From: Octopus sinensis
Lineage: Eukaryota
Reading direction: 5' to 3'
Length of the DNA stretch: 64,000 nucleotides
Assembly (NCBI RefSeq): GCF_006345805.1
Contig: NC_043026.1
Location: 5,952,001 to 6,016,000, forward strand
Part shown: in pieces, positions 58,732 through 64,000 of the stretch
Position numbering within the stretch: position 1 is the stretch's first letter
How the letters are laid out: every line of letters begins with the position of its first letter
Made by a program: the position numbers and the translations under genes
The notes under the pieces: model-generated
Databases searched by the model: none
Told to the model about the DNA's origin: nothing
The model's input: the letters and a program-made list of their open reading frames with translations, nothing else

Positions 58732-60442
58732 TTAAGAAAAAAAAAATTTACAGGGGTCAATTTATTCAATTAGAAGTTCTTCAAGGCAGTGCCCCAGCAT
58801 GGCCGCGGTCTAATGAATGAAATGAGTAAAAACCCATAAAGGGTCAGGGTGACGGTTTGAAATCGTTGCTTACCTGGGGTTTTAAAGAACAGCAACGCTA
58901 CACCTCCAGGGACATCATCTTCTTTCACAACGCCGTTGGCCTTAATCTCAAACTGTTACTCCAGCCCCGCCACCCTCGACACCACATCACCCTCGACACC
59001 ACATCACCCTCGACACCACATCACCCTCTATCTCCCTCTGTCTCTCTATCTGTTCCTGTCTTTCTCTCTCTCTTTCTTTCTCACTCTCTCTCTCTCTCCA
59101 TTTGTTTCTCTGTCTCTCTCTCTTTCTCTGTCTCTCTCTTTCTCTTTACTCCTCTCTCATCCCTCTCTCTCCCCCTTTGTCTCTCCCTCTTTCCCCCTCC
59201 TTCCCGCCACCCCCACCCCGGAACTGATCAAACCAGAAACAATATTTACACAAGCACACATCCATCTGCCACTCAACACTTCCAAGCGGTCAGTCTCTGT
59301 CCAGACTTGATCTAATCTCGTCCTCTCTCTCTCTCTCTCTCTCTCTCACAAATATCGATCCTTTACTTCTTTCGGTCACTAGGCTGCGGCCAGGCTGGAG
59401 CACAGCCCCGAAGTAATTTTAGTCAAGCAAAGCCTAGTACTATTCTATCGGTGTCTTTTGCCGAACCGCTAAGTTACAGGGACGTAAATACACCACCATC
59501 GGTTGTCAAGCGATGTTGGGGGGACAAACACAGCATCGGTTGTCAAGCAATGCTAGGGGGACAAACACAGACACACAAACACACATACATATATATATAC
59601 ATATATACGACGGGCTTCTTTCGGTTTCCGTCTCCCAAATCCACTCACAAGGTTTTGGTCGACCCGAGGCTATAGTAGAAGACACTTGCCCAAGGTGCCA
59701 CGCAGTGGGGACTGAACCCGGAACCATGTGGTTGGTTAGCAAGCTACTTACCACACAGCCTGTGCTTACAAATATCAAAACATTTTTGCGGAAGTGACTT
59801 TATCAAAGGAGTCTAATTGATAAATTAACTCGACAAGAAAAACGTCTACTTCGGGTGTCTGTAATGTCGAGTGAATAGGTTGCACCCTTGATCTCTATCG
59901 AAATTATTGGTAAAAACAAAAAAGGGTGACATATCCGCGAGTATATAAGAGTATATCCGAGCCAAAAATCTTATAACGTCTCCCAGGGGCCATATGAACC
60001 TTGGTTGAGATCCACCATGGGTTTTGAAACCAGTGTGCTCCATTTAAAAACTCCAGCCAAATATTTCAGCCATACATTTTTACCTGTCTGGTGTAAAAAG
60101 GTGTTCACTAAAGCGAGCAGCTCTCATTCTTTTTTACTGCGTGGCACACACGGGAATCGAATAAAATATAATTATAGGGCGTGAGACGAGGAGAGCTATG
60201 TGTGGTATTTGGCTGAGTCTAGGACATTTGCCACCCCCCATGGACAATAACTCCCCACCAAGGACAATTAGCTCTCAGGACAATTGAGGATTTAAAACTT
60301 CTTAATATATTGGAGAGGGGGGGTAAGTAACCAAAGGGGGTAACTGTCGTCGGGAGGAATGGTCCTGATGCGATTTGACTGCTATGTCTAGTAAATATGG
60401 ACAGCCCTATGCTAAAACGGACAAACATTATACATACATACA

Positions 60443-60473
<31 letters not shown>

Positions 60474-60810
60474 CTTTCTACACACGTACATATATAGATA
60501 GGTACACATACATCAATCTCTCTTACTTCTCTCTCTCTCTGTATATATATATATATATATATCCTTCGAAACGTTTAGTAGATGAAATCTTAGCGACTGA
60601 AGAAGGGGATTTTTCGTTGTGCTTATTGTCCTGTATCTCTCCCTTTTTTTTTTGCTTGTCTTGTTCCTTGGTTTGTGTCTATGTGTTTCGTCTCTCTATG
60701 TGTTCGACGTCTTTTTGGTGTCCTGTACACATATATGCGTGTATATGTACATGTAGAGGTAGGTACGTACATATATGTTTATATATATGCATATATTCTA
60801 TTTTATTAAC

Positions 60811-60867
<57 letters not shown>

Positions 60868-60946
60868 TTAAATAAAGCATATTACTCTACCACTGGTATT
60901 TGAGTACTCTTTTTTCCACCTTGTTTCACATTTATGTGTTTACTCC

Positions 60947-60981
<35 letters not shown>

Positions 60982-61265
60982 CTTTACTACCCACAATGGG
61001 CTAAACACAGAGGGGACAAACAAGGACAGACAAAGGGATTAAGTCGATTACATCGACCCCGAAAGGATGAAAGGCAAAGTCGACCTCGGCGGAATTTGAA
61101 CTCGGAACGTAACGATTAGGTCGACTACGGTGCTTCAGGACGCTGCTCCAGCATGGGCCGTAATCCAATGACTGAAACAAGACAGAAAATAAAAAGATAT
61201 GTGTATGGGTGTTTATGTACACACACACACACACACACACAGAGATATTTCTTAAAACTTTATTA

Positions 61266-61668
61266 GGCGCAGGAGTGGCTGTGTGGTAAGTAGCTTGTTT
61301 ACCAACGACATGGTTCCGGGTTCAGTCCCACTGCATGGCATCTTGGGCAAGTGTCTTCTGCTATAGCCCCGGGCCGACCAATGCCTTGTGAGTGGATTTG
61401 GTAGACGGAAACTGAAAGAAGCCCGTCGTATATATGTCTATATATATATGTATGTGTGTGTCTTTGTGTGTCTGTGTTTGTCCCCCCAGCATTGCTTGTG
61501 TTTACATCCCCGTTACTTAGCGCTTCGGCAAAAGAGACCGATAGAATAAGTACTGGGCTTACAAAGAATAAGTCCCGGGGGTCGATTTGCTCGACTAAAA
61601 AGGTGGTGCTGCAGCATGGCCGCAGTCAAAATGACTGAAACAAGTAAAAGAGTAAAAAAAGTAAAAGA
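61266..61668 (+). mobile_element. SINE A
   Basis: Full-length match. Confidence 0.85.
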
Positions 61669-61981
61669 GAGAGAGTTTTAATTGATTTTATTCGTTCTAA
61701 ATTACAGGTCAGGTCCTGAAATATCCCACGCCCTCAACCCTGAAGGACATTTGATTAAAAAAGAACTTGTTCAGTGGTTCGTGTTTGCTTAAGCTGTTGT
61801 ATTTGACACATACATAAAACGCGGGAAGAAGACACAAACGCACAGGGACGCGTGTGTATGTGTCCTATACGAATGTATGTGTGCGCGTGGGTATGTGTCA
61901 TATGTATTAAGCAATGTGTGTGTGTGTGTGTGGTGTGTGATATATTTAGATATGCGTGTGTGTGTGTCATATATGTTATTT

Positions 61982-62015
<34 letters not shown>

Positions 62016-62089
62016 AGAAATACTGACAGAACAGGCGATTTTTTTACAGCCTAGCTTTTTCTTACGTATCAGGTCACACATGAGGAGGA

Positions 62090-62800
62090 TATTGGGTGAG
62101 AGAGAGAGTGGGAGAGGAAGAGATAGACAAAAATAGAGCCAGAGAGGAAGAGAGATAGATAGAGTGAGTGAGAGAGAGAAGAAATGAGAGGGGGTGGGAG
62201 AGAGGAAAAAAGGTACATAGAGAGATAGATAGAGTGAGAGAGAGAGAGAAGAAATGAGAGGGGGTGGGAGAGAGGAAGAAAGGTACATAGAGAGATAGAG
62301 AGAGAGTGAGAGAGAGAGAAGAAATGAGAGGGGGTGGGAGAGAGGAAGAAAGGTACATAGAGAGATAGAGAGATAGGTAGAGTGAGAGAGAGAGAAGAAA
62401 TGAGAGGGGGTGGGAGAGAGGAAAAAAGGTACATAGAGAGATAGATAGAGTGAGAGAGAGAGAAGAAATGAGAGGGGGTGGGAGAGAGGAAGAAAGGTAC
62501 ATAGAGATAGAGAGACAAATAGACAAAATAGCAGAAGGATATAGAGATAGACAGACGGTGAAAGAGAGAGACAGACAAATACAGAGAGAAACGGAAACAG
62601 TTGATAGACAGAGGAGAGAGAGAAGGAGTGACAAATAGATAGAACGAAACAGAGAGAGAGAGAGAGAGAGAGAGAGTGAGAAAGTGACAAATAGATCGAG
62701 TGACAGAGAGAGAGAGATACACAGACGAAAGGAGAGAGAGAAAGGCAGGTAGATATAGGCAGATATAGATATATACATAAATAGAGGGAGAGAGAGAGAG
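62090..62800. repeat. GA-rich polypurine tract with 5 tandem units of about 70 bp
   Basis: GAAGAAATGAGAGGGGGTGGGAGAGAGG occurs 5 times. Confidence 0.88.
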
Positions 62801-62856
62801 TGTGTGCTGTGGAAGGTAGGAATGTATTTATGGAGTGCGTGGCCAAATAGGATGGC

Positions 62857-63237
62857 ATGAATTTTCACTTGTGGTCACCCATGTTGATAGTTTACTGTGT
62901 CCTCCTGGTGCTGACATGTTTAATAGGGGACCATCTACCTCGGATGAACCATGTCGGGCCCTACATCAACCGTCACTTGCTCCTGAGGGTTGCCATCGAC
63001 AACTTCACCCACGGCATAATCGGATTTCTCTCCTGGGCCATCGTGCTCGACCTCGACTTGTTAGACACCGACTCCAACACGCCTCCTGTTATGTTCCACC
63101 CGTCTTCTGGGTTCGTGCCCACCCGAAGCCTCGTGGATGCCCAGCAGCGTAACCTGCTGGCCTGTTTGTTCTGCATGCTGCTGGCCATGTCCGTGGACGT
63201 TGACCATTTTCTGGCAGCGAGAAGTTTCAGTCTTCAG
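62857..63237 (+). CDS. TMEM267: Transmembrane protein 267, first coding exon; remainder beyond window
   Basis: LIGDHL...LRVAIDNFTHGIIGFLSWAIV...LAMSVDVDHFLAARSFSLQ resembles the TMEM267 motifs (DN..H..IG..SW, DVDHF). Phase-0 donor CAG|GTAAGA at 63237. The start could be the ATG at 62881. Confidence 0.85.
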
Positions 63238-63257
63238 GTAAGAAACCATTCGAAACA

Positions 63258-63900
63258 ACCTCTACTTGGTCACTAGATTTACTAGAAATAACAGCCAGAG
63301 TAAATGTCCTGGGTGTTAATCTGTTTCTTTACTACCCACAAGGGGCTAAACACAGATGGGGACAAACAAGGACAGACAGAGGGATTAAGTCGATTACATC
63401 GACCCCAGTGCGTAACTGGTACTTAATTTATCGACCCCGAAAGGATGAAAGGCAAAGTCGACCTCTACCTGGCCACTAGATTTACTAGAAATAACAGCCA
63501 GAGTAAATTTCCTGGGTTTAATCTGCTTCTTTATTACCCACAAGGGGCTAAACACAGAGGGGACAAACAAGGACAGACAGAGGGATTAAGTCGATTACAT
63601 CGACCCCAGTACGTAACTGGTACTTAATTTATCGACCCCGAAAGGATGAAAGGCAAAGTCGACCTCTACCTGGCCACTAGATTTACTAGAAATAACAGCC
63701 AGAGTAAATTTCCTGGGTTTAATCTGCTTCTTTATTAACCACAAGGGGCTAAACACAGATGGGGACAAACAAGGACAGACAGAGGGATTAAGTCGATTAC
63801 ATCGACCCCAGTGCGTAACTGGTACTTAATTTATCGACCCCGAAAGGATGAAAGGCAAAGTCGACCTCGGTGGAATTTGAACTCAGGACGTAACGGCAGA
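63258..63900. repeat. Tandem triplication (period 201-203 bp) of unique intron sequence plus SINE B
   Basis: ACCTCTAC anchors at 63258, 63461 and 63662. Confidence 0.88.
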
Positions 63901-64000
63901 CGTTCCTGGGGTTAATCATAAAATATTGACAACCAGAACCACAACAGGACCTGCTATTTTGCTGATAATGGAATGGTTAACTCGGTTTCGAATCCTGACA

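Noticed and set aside
60596-60630. CTGAAGAAGGGGA.. motif
   Set aside because: No GAAA or closing stem II downstream; possibly a deleted PLE end but unsupported.

Overview
AT-rich, repeat-dense animal genomic DNA, probably from an octopus/coleoid cephalopod; this is an inference from the SINE and microsatellite landscape, and no database was searched. Three host genes are supported. (1) The first coding exon of a SMAD2/3-type R-Smad (minus, 34474-34676); I found no later exons in the 34 kb downstream. (2) A complete 7-coding-exon PIGB GPI mannosyltransferase 3 gene (minus, 54484 to 44417; 1848 nt, 615 aa; all junctions GT-AG and in phase). (3) The first coding exon of TMEM267 (plus, 62857-63237), divergent from PIGB. 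The rest is mostly tRNA-derived SINEs, labelled A-E here, plus LINE remnants (RTE, CR1, R4-like), mariner fossils, MITEs (hAT, piggyBac-like, Tc1-like, Ginger-like), Helitron/Helentron-type elements and micro/minisatellites. Most ORFs in the supplied track are repeat artefacts. The most interesting signals are: a short element joining a tRNA-like Pol III head to a Penelope-type minimal hammerhead ribozyme motif (three copies), plus two unrelated minimal hammerheads; SINE multimers with one recurrent junction, one flanked by a single TSD; a 94-bp duplication flanking a SINE; a TGT..ACA MITE with a 4-bp TSD inside a mariner fossil; and purine-rich tandem arrays directly upstream of the SMAD and TMEM267 start codons. 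Repeat boundaries were read by eye and are approximate to about 10 bp unless a TSD is given.
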